NCBI GenBank assembly: GCA_024704765.1
Contig: JAKMXF010000310.1
Location: 372,001 to 436,000, forward strand
Length of the DNA stretch: 64,000 bases
Direction: 5' to 3'
Source of the DNA: Oopsacas minuta
Taxonomy: Eukaryota > Animalia > Porifera
Under the pieces are notes generated by a model. The model had not been told where the DNA came from. It searched no databases and was given only the letters and a program-made list of their open reading frames with translations. Shown here piece after piece: positions 34,803 to 46,242 of the stretch. The translations under genes and the position numbers were made by a program. The number at the start of each line of letters is the position of its first letter. Position 1 is the first letter of the stretch.

Positions 34803-37800
34803 TCATTTATCCTTTGTAATAGCAGCCAATAATTCTTGTGAAATAAAATCTACAACATTTTTCTGAGTTAGAATCAGTAATAAAATATCTTTTACTTTCT
34901 CATTCTGATCGGAATTTTGTTGTTTGGATTTAGCTGAGATCTCCTTCATTGCATTTTCAAGGTAAGAATAATTGTCTTCCATTAAAGAATATTCCTAAGA
35001 AAAGAAAAAAAACTGAATTACAAATCATAATAGTATGACTGTGTTTCGTGTTATTACATTGTACAACGTATATAGAACTATACTAATTAACTGATTACGA
35101 CTGAAGTTGTATTTCTTCGTTTTAACCAATTCCTGTACCAAAAACGAGATTTTAGCACCTTTTGACATCATAAAATCACGCATTTTCCCGGCCGTATTCG
35201 GTTAAGTATATTCCTATTTTGTCAACGTTGACGAATCGGGATATAATTCTAGAACAAGCAAACTCCATAGTTTGATAATTTATGGAAATTATACAGTTCA
35301 TGAGATGTTGCACCGTCCTATAATGCCATAAGTATAACCTACAGCAATTACGTGCGGCGCTAACCTAATCTGTTAATGTTTACAAATGAGAATAAACGAA
35401 ACGGAAAGATATTACAAGAAATGTGACATACGTAGGTCACATAAAGAAATTCATCTTGCTTCTTCATGGAGCAAATATTTGACAAAAACAGTATCATACA
35501 TCCTGTTAATCTTTATTTATCACTATCAGTCACGTTACAAAATTAATTAGCAATCTCACTTTAGTTCCATGTTATAATTAAATTTAGCTATTTTACTGTA
35601 GGAGTACCATGGATATTATGAATCAATTAATTGTTGGCTTAACTTTGAAAATAAAGGCTGGTACCAATCCTGTAGATTACGGGATTGATGTATACAAAAT
35701 TAGAAAAACTTGCACAATATTAGTGTGATTATCAGGTTTGTCAAAATATTTCTGATTTTCAGCACAACTCAGTGTTTTCATAAATATAAGCAGTTCATGT
35801 GTGATTAATTCAGGTTAAGTCACTGACGACAGCACAGCTCAGTTGATTTATCATAACAGTTTTATAGACTATATCCTCCTTTTATCTAACTAATATTTAA
35901 CTTGGTGGTGATAATAACTCATACTGGCACACCCACTATCTTAATGTAATTATCTCCAGTATTTATCAGATTGATACAAGTAAGGAACATAGGATTTTGG
36001 CATTCTCATTATTACTCTACTAGAGAGTACATTTTGTATTAACATATGAGTATTTAGCCGTGACTGAGGGAGCACTTGAAATACTTGAATAAAACCCTGC
36101 AGTGTTAAACTAGTTATTGTTGTCCAATGATAACAGATAGTTGTACAAATGACACATGATTAATTAGCGTATATAATTATAATTATTTATCGATGATATG
36201 AATAGGATATGATAGGATTGTTAATAGACTTACTTCCTTAGGATTCAGCCAGAGAGATGTATCTAGATCACACCCTTTCAGTGAAAATACCTAATAGACA
36301 CAAGAAGTAGTTTTAAAATGTTTGAACAAGAGCAATCTTATGATTAATCAATTCTCATATTACTTGTAATTCTCAGTTACAAATAAAATAGTAAATAATT
36401 TTAGTAGATAATTATATCGACATTGATTGCACGGTAGAATTCTTAATGCTAACCTAGGTAACACGTGACTCGGATAGTGAGTATATATTAGATAATCCGT
36501 GGCCTCGTACTAACGAAATTATACTGTAATCAGTGACGCAGCCAGCGTGGTACTGAGCGGTACTGAGTGGTACTAGAGCATCAGTAGTAAATATTACAGC
36601 ACCACATACAGGTCTGGATTTGGATGAAGTGATTCATATTTTAAATTGTTAGAGAGGCGCTGTAAAAATAGATTTGTAAGGTTTATGGTCGTGTTTTAAC
36701 TCTATCATAGTGTCAAACTTATTCTGGAATTCCTGACTTCATTTTATACAATCGGATAACTATTGGTAGTATTTATCAATTATATAACCTCCATATTTAA
36801 ATATTATTAGCACCATACACAACCTTTCAGCATCGTGCTAGCACCATTAGTAGTGCTAGCAACAAAGCCTCGTAACACTTGAGATAAGAATTATAAGAAC
36901 AATTAATATAAAATATTCTTAACTTAAGTATAAACATACCATAATCCGTACATAAGCTTCTCTAAGTCTATCTTCTGAGTCATTTTCCTGGTAATATCAT
37001 ACAAACCATGGATAATTACGTATAATATATAACAGACTGTGTATTAACTCACTAGCTCTATCCATGTGTTTACACTAACAGCTGTTTCTAGACAGATTAC
37101 GAAATGCCACCAATGTTTAGGTACGAACAAAACATCTCCTGGTTCTACAACTACCTGTAGTTAACAAACAATAACAAATCCACAACAACTTCTGTGTATT
37201 TGATATACAGTATATTCCTAAATAAGTGCCTGGGCGCTTTATCTTTTCGTAGGCATTTTTCCGTATAAATTTTAGTGCAGCTCCCATAGGGAGATGCCCT
37301 AATGGCATGATGATGTGCTACGTTCGTGTGCGCTCGTGCGAAATGTAACAGAAGATGCATGAAAATTGGTATAGATACATTTTGGGTCGGAGATTTGCAC
37401 ATAGGGTATGAATTTTCTTTAGTGAATATTTCACACCTTTTTGGTGATTAATCATATTTTCATACCTTTCTATGTAAAACTCAAAAACATGCTAGAGACT
37501 AAGTTTCATCATGTTGCCAGGGTTAATTGGATTGGTAGAGTTCGATTTTGAGATTTTGAGAGTCTGAAAGTAACTAATTCACAGATTATCATATGATTAA
37601 TTTTATTTTTTCACACCTTCTGGAAATATTTCAAAATGATGCAAGAGATACTTTTCAACTTCTAGTCAGGTAATCGAGTATGTAGATTTCAAATTTCACA
37701 ATTAAAAATCTACATGATTTGCCCAGAATACCATGGATAATATGGACAAAATCTGGAAAAGCGGCAAATTCATTTTTCAAAAGTTTAGATCAGCAGTTCC

Positions 37801-39361
37801 CAACTTGGGTTCTATGGACGACAGCAGAGGGCCCACAGGACCCATTGAGTATATGGGACACAGAATGTGGTAAAATTGGTATAGACGGCCCACGGGTAAA
37901 AAGGGTTGGGAACTGGGTGTTAGGATATAATGATTTACAGATCATCCGATTAGTGGTGTTGTATGCCCATTTACTTACCTATATTACATGAACTATGGAT
38001 ATTTTCTATCCATGATGGTTCACTTACCTCTCTCTATTATTGCTATCCACTATGGGTTCACAATTTATACTTCCTATTACACATCTACTTATTGAATTAC
38101 ATTATGTGTAAACAACAAAACAAAGAATTTTTACTTAATAAAATTGTTATTCATTTGTTGTGATTATTGTGCAATTGTAACATACAAGTACTTATATAAC
38201 GAAATGATAGTTTCAGTTTGTGAGTACCTACGTAGAATTCCTAACCACTGACAAAAGTTGTATCGTATATGGTGGGCTTTCTTCTCCTATTTGCATTATA
38301 TCAATTTATAATTTACCAAATAATGAATCAATAAAAATTTAGTAAACAATCTGTGAATAGAAATAAATGACACAAGTAGATGCGTAATAGGAAGTATAAA
38401 TTGTGAAGCCATAGAGAGAGATATGAACCGTCATAGATAGAAAATATCGATGGTTCACGTAATAGAGGTAAGTAAACCGGTAAGTAAATGGTCATACAAC
38501 AGTACATATGATACCCCATAATTACGAATACAGTATAACTACCTGCTGTACTCTAGCTCCTTTGAATTTAGGATAAATAGAATAGTCCGGATACATCATA
38601 TTGACAGGACTAAACACACTAGACTCCTCATAAGGAAACCTGGTAGCATACATCTTATCATGCTCACTAGGTGCTACTAAATACCAACACTTCCGTCCAT
38701 ATAACTGTGCTACTATATTATAACCATACGTGTCGTAATGGCAGGGAGTGTGAGCTAGTTCCGAGCCTATCCATATTGTACTGTGCTTACCATCTCTTTT
38801 CTCAAATCCAAGCCCAGACCAATCTAGGGAGGAGAGGAGGGAAGGAGTATCCTCGAACAGCTGGAACATGTATTTATAGTCACAGTACACCCAGTAATCA
38901 CTAGGAGGGTAGCAGGAGAGGGTAGTCCCTGATTCAGATACATCTGTAGATACTTCAGAAGAAACAGAATGAGATATCTTAACTCTCTTAGCTGAAGATA
39001 TATCAGCTGATATACTGGAGGTGTCATGAGAGGTAGAGGCTATATCTGTAAAATTATCCTCTCTTAGCCACGTTACTAACTCAGATAAAGTACCCTGTAC
39101 ATAATGGCAGTCAGTCTCATAGTGAGTTTCCTTATTCGTGGGTGACAACCAATTCTTTTCACCAATCTTGAATGAAGTAGATACAGTAGGTGCTGACCTG
39201 GCCAGATACTCAGGTGTCCACTTAAGAGGTTCTTTCCATTCAGAGCGATCAAGGAGAGTTCCCCTTAGAATGCGGGGCTCTGTCAGAGTCTTAACAAACT
39301 CATTAAGATTGAGTGTATCATGTGGTAAATACAGTTCTAAAACCTTATCATACTCCTGCAT
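34803..39361 (-). CDS. HSPBAP1: HSPB1-associated protein 1 (JmjC dioxygenase), 5 exons, 405 aa
   Basis: Exons 39361-38543, 37154-37053, 36987-36940, 36290-36234 and 34994-34803; all introns GT..AG and phase 0. Motifs: YWVYCDYKY, STIWIGS..AHTPCHYDTYG, TRFPYEESSVFS, VLFVPKHWWHFV, WLNPKE. Confidence 0.88.
37250..37500 (-). repeat. Second dispersed repeat family, copy 2 (HSPBAP1 intron 1)
   Basis: Reverse-complement similarity to 21185-21415. Confidence 0.55.
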
Positions 39362-39403
39362 GCTATAAAAACATTATTCCTTCTAAGTGTAGTGCAGTGA
39401 GTA

Positions 39404-40715
39404 CGAGGGTCGTCCAAAAAGTATTTAGAATGAATGCTGTAACTTCATTTCTTGCACACCAATACATCATTTATAACTACTCTAGTTAAAATATCTAAGC
39501 TTTCTATCTTTTAAACTTTTTTGACAGCTACTTATATAGTCAGCACTTGGCTCTAATTTTAAATTCGTACCTAATTATTTCTCATGGATTTACATTTGGA
39601 AAGGAGGGACTTTCGCGTAATGATTTTTTATGACTTTATGAGAAAATTCAGTCCTAAAGAATCACATATTCAACTTCAGGACACATTTGGAGAAAAATCA
39701 CCATCTTTGGCTACAGTGTACAACTGGTACGGTGAATTTAACCGTGGACGAAAGACTCTAAGTGATGAGATGCGATCAGGACGTCCTGCAGATGCGGTTA
39801 ACCCAGAAAATATCCAGAAAGTTAAGAAAATAATCAAAAATGAGCGTCGAATCATAATAGACGAAATAATGAGTCATTTAGACATCAGCAGAGGAAGCCT
39901 CCATGCCTTACTTCATGAACATCTCTTGGTGAGGAAAGTGGCTACACGTTGGATTCCACATAAACTTTCTGAAGAACAAATGACAACTCGAGTGGATTGG
40001 TGCAAATTTATGATTAGAAAATTCGATTATGATCGTTCAAAGCTATTGAATACATTAATTACAGGAGATGAGACTTGGATTTACCAATATGACCCAGAGA
40101 CGAAGCAACAATCTTCAATTTGGCTTTTTCCAGATGATGATCCCCCCTCAAAAATTGAGACGTGCACGAAGTGGCAACAAGCAAATGGTCGCCAGTTTCA
40201 TCTCTAAAAAGGGACATGTGCTACTATTCCCCTTACAGAGCAAAAGACTGTAACTGCGAGTTGGTATGTCAACATTTGCATGCCTCAGGTGATAGAAAAG
40301 TGGAGCATTTTACATCCTAAAGCCTACCTCACCTCACTTCAATGGCACCATGACAATGCAAGTGCACACAAGGCAGCTTTAACAATGGATTTCATTGCAG
40401 AAAATGGTATAAAATTGATACCCCATCCAGCATATTCCCCAGATTTGGCGCCATGCGACTTCTTTCTTTTCCCGAAACTAAAAAAGAAGATCAAAGGGGT
40501 CCATTTCAATAGTGCAGAAGAGGCAAGACTGGCTTATAATGAGGCCCTCCAAGACCTAACCAAAGAAGACTGGGAAAATTGTTTTGAAAGTTGGTATAGA
40601 AGGATGGATTTATGCATACAGTCATCTGGTATATACTTCGAGAAACTATAAAAAAAATAATCCATTTCCTACTATTCTTTCATATAGATTCTAAAAACTT
40701 TTTGGACTACCCTCG
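39404..40715 (+). mobile_element. Mariner (DD34D) transposon, second family, frameshifted
   Basis: TA|CGAGGGTCGTCCAAAAAGT ... ACTTTTTGGACTACCCTCG|TA. ORFs 39584-40207 and 40280-40651 carry ITGDETW, HHDNASAH and YSPDLAPCDFFLF; one frameshift near 40145. Confidence 0.93.
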
Positions 40716-41102
40716 TATCATCAGCACAGTATAAGATACACTACTTGTTAAGGTTAGAAGTAATAGTGTAAATTACATAAGAGCCACACAGGAATTGATT
40801 ACTCCACATATATATCATGAACCATTTATTTTCAGACATGTTGTCAGTGGCGTTGACAGGCTGGGGCAAAGGCGCATTTGCACCACCTGTTGTTACGTTG
40901 AGCTAGGTAATGTCACACCACATGCACTATTTCGCGGCACCTGAGCCGTTCATGCGTCACTCATGCGTCAATAGTCTGCCAAGGCTGACTATGCTACTGT
41001 ATTAATGTTAATGCATGCTAGGGCAGAGACTAGAATATATAAGATATATTATTCGTTACAGTTTAGCTTAGATTTAACAGCAATTTTATTATATTCAAGC
41101 AC

Positions 41103-42176
41103 CTAACCTTTCCCTGCTTGTGACTTCTTATCCTGTACAGATCTATCTTGTACCTCACTCAATTCCTGTCTCTTCTGATTATAAATAGACAGAATCTCAT
41201 CAGTTGGAGTTACTCCATCCTCTAGCAACAATCTCTTCCAATTCTTCTCCAGTTCCTCTATAGAGGAAGAGATTTTCAGATTCCTATCTGAGATATAAAG
41301 ATGGAACTTCTTGTCAGACATTAGTTCGCATCCTCCTGAAGTACAAAGGTCATCGTAATCTTTTAATTTCTCTAAAAAGTGTAACCCCACCCGCTTCTCT
41401 AGAACCTCTAGAGGTACCCTGAAGTTAACAAGAGGTTGTGTATCTATTTTCTTGTTAGGAACAATAAAGGCACTCATCATAGGAAAGTCATTTTCCCGCT
41501 CAATTACGATAATTTTAAATAAGTGAGTAGGAACAGCAACGTTATTCTCTCCAATAACTTGATATTTTACGTATTTCTTTCCATCAGGTTCTTGTACAGG
41601 TGAGAACACAGGGCCGGAATATACAGTAGCAGCTCCGTACTTCTTAGCCAGATCTCTGACATGCATCTCCATCCTATTCCAATATCCTGAATTATTCTTG
41701 TAATCCTGTGGGAGTATGTTAGTCAGATAAAAAGTGTCTGTCATTGATTCAGTTGAGTGTTTGTAGTTACCAGCTGCTGCCATGTGTCCTCTGCTGTAGC
41801 CGGATCTACGATAGTCTTCATTCTGAGATTGGAACTTCTTGTCCACTCGCTCATCAGCTGTGAATTTGCACTTTGTACGTTTGGCGCCCCCGCTCAGGTG
41901 CTGACTAGTAATGTACTCACCCACCCAGAGAGGGATCCGCTTTGTTTGGTCATACACCGAGAGGAAGTCTGGATTAAGGACGACAGGAATGCCCCCATGA
42001 GGCAAGCCATATTTGAGGATATGTAGAGATTCGTATTTCCTCTCTTTTCTGAAGGATTTGAGGCTCATTGAGTTCTGAGGAAACCTGATATGATCATACT
42101 CTACTTGACTCAAGTATATCATTCCACTTGTGCAGAATGTGCCGCACAGGAAACTCATAACTGCAACTCTAGCCAT
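41103..42176 (-). CDS. EXOG: Mitochondrial endo/exonuclease G-like (EXOG)
   Basis: Beta-beta-alpha-Me nuclease with SRGH (not DRGH), NNSGYWNRMEM and YQVIGENNVAVPTHLFK, plus a C-terminal extension (CTSGGCELM..FHLYIS..ELEK..) resembling the EXOG Wing domain. Start taken as MARVAV. Confidence 0.85.
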   Translation of the reverse strand: MARVAVMSFLCGTFCTSGMIYLSQVEYDHIRFPQNSMSLKSFRKERKYESLHILKYGLPHGGIPVVLNPDFLSVYDQTKRIPLWVGEYITSQHLSGGAKRTKCKFTADERVDKKFQSQNEDYRRSGYSRGHMAAAGNYKHSTESMTDTFYLTNILPQDYKNNSGYWNRMEMHVRDLAKKYGAATVYSGPVFSPVQEPDGKKYVKYQVIGENNVAVPTHLFKIIVIERENDFPMMSAFIVPNKKIDTQPLVNFRVPLEVLEKRVGLHFLEKLKDYDDLCTSGGCELMSDKKFHLYISDRNLKISSSIEELEKNWKRLLLEDGVTPTDEILSIYNQKRQELSEVQDRSVQDKKSQAGKG

Positions 42177-42390
42177 ACTAATCTGTGAGAAATAAAAATA
42201 TATCCATAACATATACATACCCACCTTTATAGCTCACACAACTTCAGTTCATAGATCAATACAAAGGACGTGCAAGCTTCGTTTGCTCTCGCTGCGCGGC
42301 TTAGGAACACTCTGTGTTCGGCTGTTCACATGTAAAACAGCACTTCGTGCCTCGAGTTACTATTATAGGAACAGCAATTTCTCACAAATA

Positions 42391-42535
42391 TGAGTAGAGG
42401 TTCGTTCCTAAAGAAATGAATGAAAGTGGACTAAAGTTGCCCCGCTTATGGAGGTCCCCCATTTGTATTATAAAGAGACTAGAGACCCCACTTATAGAAG
42501 TTGCACTATACTTGATTAGAGCAAACCCCTAAGCA
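42391..42535. mobile_element. Small MITE, probable TA TSD
   Basis: Imperfect TIRs TGAGTAGAGGTTCGTTCCTAA and TTAGAGCAAACCCCTAAGCA, flanked by TA. Confidence 0.5.
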
Positions 42536-42544
42536 TATTTCAAG

Positions 42545-42635
42545 CTAAGTTGACTAATTCATAGAAATATCCTCAAGAATAATTCTTTTTGAATAATTCA
42601 TGAATAATTCTTTATTCATGAATTAGTCAACTTAG
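42545..42635. mobile_element. 91-bp MITE of the CTAAGTTGAC family with an 8-bp TSD
   Basis: Same TIRs as 10263-10610; ATTTCAAG at both 42537-42544 and 42636-42643. Confidence 0.85.
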
Positions 42636-43514
42636 ATTTCAAGATTCAATTATTCGTTTACTTAACATTCAAAACAATAAATACATTTACATATTATTAA
42701 TTCAAAAGTGTGAAAATCGGATTCAGTATATTCAATATAGTATTTTGTTAAGTTTTAGTGAATTCTGTTTACTTACTTGGTAATGATAATTACATAATTT
42801 TACGACATCTTTGAATTACTAAATTCGAATTCAAATAGCATACCATCAATCAGTTCCTTTGACAATGCAACGGAAAAAAGACAGACAAAATTTCAATTTT
42901 ACAATATAGATATATCTGAGAGTAAGAAAATATAACCAAACTTACGGTGTGCAATTTGAACTAATATTTCAGTGTTTTAAAATACAATTTATGATTCCAT
43001 GTCATGTATTATTTCCTGGCGGAGCCATGGGGAGGGGGAGATATATAAAATAATGAGCTAAAATCGTGCAAATATCTTCGGAGACTATACATAATACATT
43101 TCTGTGAATTATAATCATATTTATCAAAACCTATTAGCAAGTGAATCTATACACATTTTTATGAATAATTTTAGTCTAATATTTGATGACCTCTTCTTTT
43201 GATGGATCATAATCGATCGACTACTTGAAGGTCATCAACAACATCTTTGGTAAATTTTTGGAGTACACATGAAGTTCCGGAAATAAAGTATGTCCGTTAC
43301 TACAAGTAGTGAGTGAGTTGGTACCATGTAAAATTGATGGAATCCACTGTGGATAAATTCTGCCATAAAGTTAAATAGAAAATGTCGTGTGGCGGTGTGG
43401 CATAAAATTTTGTAATTGCACGATTGAAAAGATATGAATAGAAATTTTTCCAAAATATGCACACGAACTATATATGTACTAAAGGTATACAGAATATTTA
43501 CAGTAAAAGGATAA

Positions 43515-44210
43515 ATGTATTCCCTATATCTTTGTACCCTATTGTTGTTTCTGACAGGCGTGTTTGCTGCTCCACAAACAACAATAATAACTTCATTCAC
43601 AACAGCAATACCATCAACTACTTGTCCACCGAATTCAACAGAACCGATCTGCAGAAAGAACTCAGATTGCAGTGAAATAGAGATCGCAGAACATTCTAAA
43701 TATATAGCTTGTATCAATAACAGCTGTTACTGCGACACACCATGTTTTGAGGAACAAATTGATGGTAGATGTGTCATAAATAAATGTTATATATACCATT
43801 TCAGAACGGATACTTGCCTAGCTAACGGGAATAACTGGAGAATAACTCACCTCCTAGCTAATTATGCTGGATACCTTGGGGTTGTGTATTTTTATTTGGG
43901 TCACTGGGTGCTGGGAGCATGCCAATTAACCGTTTTCTGCGTCGTATTAATAACATCACCTACCATTATACTAGCTTATTGTCTTGTGGGGTATTTAATG
44001 CTTAAAATAGGTGTGAAATTACGTGATTTATATATCGTTGTTAGGAGAGTAGTCATCAGTATTGTGGCTGTTTGTTGTCTAAATTGTTTCTTTGGTTGTA
44101 TTTGTTCTATTTGGTATGCTTTAGTAGTTATATTAGTGGCAGAAAATCTCCTCAAAGATTCCAGAGGTTGTAGTTTGACTAATGAGCCAACTTACGTGCA
44201 TTTTGTCTAA
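43515..44210 (+). CDS. Membrane protein with signal peptide, Thr-rich stalk, Cys-rich ectodomain and a TM2-like domain
   Basis: Hydrophobic N-terminus and a multi-Cys region. NNWRITHLLANYAGYLGVVYFYLGHWVLGACQL resembles the TM2 consensus (LL..F.G.LG.DRFYLG...LG); further TM helices follow. Confidence 0.7.
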   Translation: MYSLYLCTLLLFLTGVFAAPQTTIITSFTTAIPSTTCPPNSTEPICRKNSDCSEIEIAEHSKYIACINNSCYCDTPCFEEQIDGRCVINKCYIYHFRTDTCLANGNNWRITHLLANYAGYLGVVYFYLGHWVLGACQLTVFCVVLITSPTIILAYCLVGYLMLKIGVKLRDLYIVVRRVVISIVAVCCLNCFFGCICSIWYALVVILVAENLLKDSRGCSLTNEPTYVHFV

Positions 44211-44217
44211 TTCTTGA

Positions 44218-44253
<36 letters not shown>
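44218..44253. repeat. (TGT)n microsatellite
   Basis: About 12 tandem TGT units just after the TM2-like stop codon. Confidence 0.95.
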
Positions 44254-44488
44254 GTGTGTACCTTTAGAAATATAATATAAAGACTAATGATACACACATA
44301 TATGTATATATGAATATTGCTATAAAGATTGCTAACTTGCCCACGCCGGGTGTTTGGTCCCAGATCTTACAACTTTAGGGCATAAAATAAAAATAGTTAA
44401 TCCTATTATAATTTGCATAATATGTTTCCAATTGATTAATACAGAAATTATATTTATTTACTATTTTATCATTTACAGATATATCGTA

Positions 44489-45010
44489 TTATTTTGTTTT
44501 AACATCCATACTTGACAACTGGTCTTTAAATCCTGAATTAATACAAACACATGATCTTTTGCTTCTAACCCAATGGTAGGCTTCTTGGAAACTAATCCCC
44601 TCAAGTTCCATCAAACATCCACACGTCACAGCTGCGCTTCTTGAAACTCCCCTAGCGCAGTGAATCAAAACCTTCCCATCTGTTGATTTCGCACAACATA
44701 TGAATTTAACACAATCAGAAATGCGATTAGTCAGAGGTTGAATGGGTAGATCTACTAAATCTAGTTTGAGATATCTGTAATAATCTGTGTAAGGTGATTG
44801 TAAGCCAAACCCACACACTATAATGTGTGTAATTCCGCGAACATCCAGCTCCTCTCTTGCAGCTAATGCAGCATCTTCACTGCCAAGATATATATGCTCT
44901 GTAATTAGGTCTCCATCCCATGCTCTCTCTCCTGATTGTGTTGAATCCCCTCTGTCTTTAGCTAGTAGCTCGTCTAGCAAACTAGCCATCAGTGAGATAA
45001 CTTCATACAT
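44489..45010 (-). CDS. Small atypical dual-specificity phosphatase
   Basis: ITEHIYLGS, GITHII, LVD general acid and the active-site loop IHCARGVSRSAA; CINSGFKDQL. Start may be ATG 44989. Confidence 0.9.
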   Translation of the reverse strand: MYEVISLMASLLDELLAKDRGDSTQSGERAWDGDLITEHIYLGSEDAALAAREELDVRGITHIIVCGFGLQSPYTDYYRYLKLDLVDLPIQPLTNRISDCVKFICCAKSTDGKVLIHCARGVSRSAAVTCGCLMELEGISFQEAYHWVRSKRSCVCINSGFKDQLSSMDVKTK

Positions 45011-45444
45011 AAGGTATTTTACTTATTTACTTATCCACCAGCTACTGAGAGCATAGATAGACATTATACATAATCTATTAGTCGTGTATACGCAATATGT
45101 TTAACCACATTTCAAAAATTCTGTATTTCTTGAAAAATTAATTATTCATCATTTAAGTTTATATGAATGATTGATTGAAAATAGCTTATATGCATGACAC
45201 CTAAAATTTCAAACTAATGACCAGCTGACAAATAGTACAAATCATTTCTTGTCAAAAATAATTTTTCCGGATAATGATGAATGTGTATCGTTAAGGTTCC
45301 TTACTAACTAATTATCGTGTTGTCCCAAATATTCTTTTATAGACAGTATCATTTTGTATATCGCCTGGAATTTCTTATTGAATACCAATATCCATACTTG
45401 CCAACCTTTGTCATATTAATCTCTAGACGGAGCTCAAATCATTT

Positions 45445-45624
45445 AGTGCAGATACATTAACTTCAAATATCCTAGCAGACACTCATCGAGAAGTAGAGCA
45501 TTGATTAACAATAAAATACAGGAATTATCAGTGGATACAGACAGTAGCATTGAATTCGAATGGGACAATCTATTCGAGGCTGGTATTGAACAGCAGTCTA
45601 ACCAATCCCTCAGCCCAGCCCTAC
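45445..45624 (+). pseudogene. Orphan fragment of the CC-NHL gene
   Basis: High identity to the reverse complement of about 9470-9665 (ADTH..VEALINNKIQELSVDT..IEFEWDNLFEAGIE), with an internal deletion of about 24 bp. Confidence 0.8.
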
Positions 45625-46242
45625 CCGCTGTTTAGACACCCATAAGCTTTAATAGGCGACGCCCACGTTTAGTAGATGTGTATATTAAACTGGTGTTCAC
45701 TAACCATTAAATTCTATCTTTAGGTGGTTATCCTGAACTTTGCGGCGGTACAAATATTTGAATACAAACATTTTTGTTTTAGGGAAATTTCTTGTAATCA
45801 TTATTATAAATTATTACATCTTAGCATTTTGCTATATTTCAGCTAATACGGAGCAATGTATTGAGTATATTTCTTTACAAAATCTCAAATAAAAACCTAT
45901 ACCAATGACAACATGCAACATTTTATACAGGCCGCTTCATGACTTAATTCGCTATCAACAATAAATAATTAAGCTTGAAAACGGGGCAAACAAATCGACA
46001 TGATAGTTGTGGGGATAAGATTAACCATCAAAAGGCATTAAAACCGGAAAATTGGGATTTATACATAATCGCAATCCCGATATTCAATCTGGAGGTGAAA
46101 TGAGCCGCGATCCCGAAATTGTAAATCTTGGGTGTACGTAGTAATAAAGAATTATATATACTTGAAAACATAGTATATACAAACTGCAACTAAAATGTGT
46201 ACCATCTTGAAAACTAATGGGGTAGAAGTGTACGACATGCAA

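Larger units (their letters stand above)
42255..42910 (-). mobile_element. Helitron-like repeat copy interrupted by two MITEs
   Basis: 5' A|TCTATATTG at 42910, core at 42644-42880, and 3' block ctcgaggcacgaagtg..GAACAC-aga-GTGTTC at about 42260-42360. Confidence 0.65.

Noticed and set aside
36800-36880. Candidate extra HSPBAP1 exon after ctcaag
   Set aside because: In the required phase 0 it hits a stop, and exon 36290-36234 gives the expected WLNP similarity.
41103-42224. Naming this gene ENDOG and using the ORF-track start at 42224
   Set aside because: SRGH and the Wing-like tail favour EXOG; the first 16 codons overlap a polypyrimidine/AG tract.
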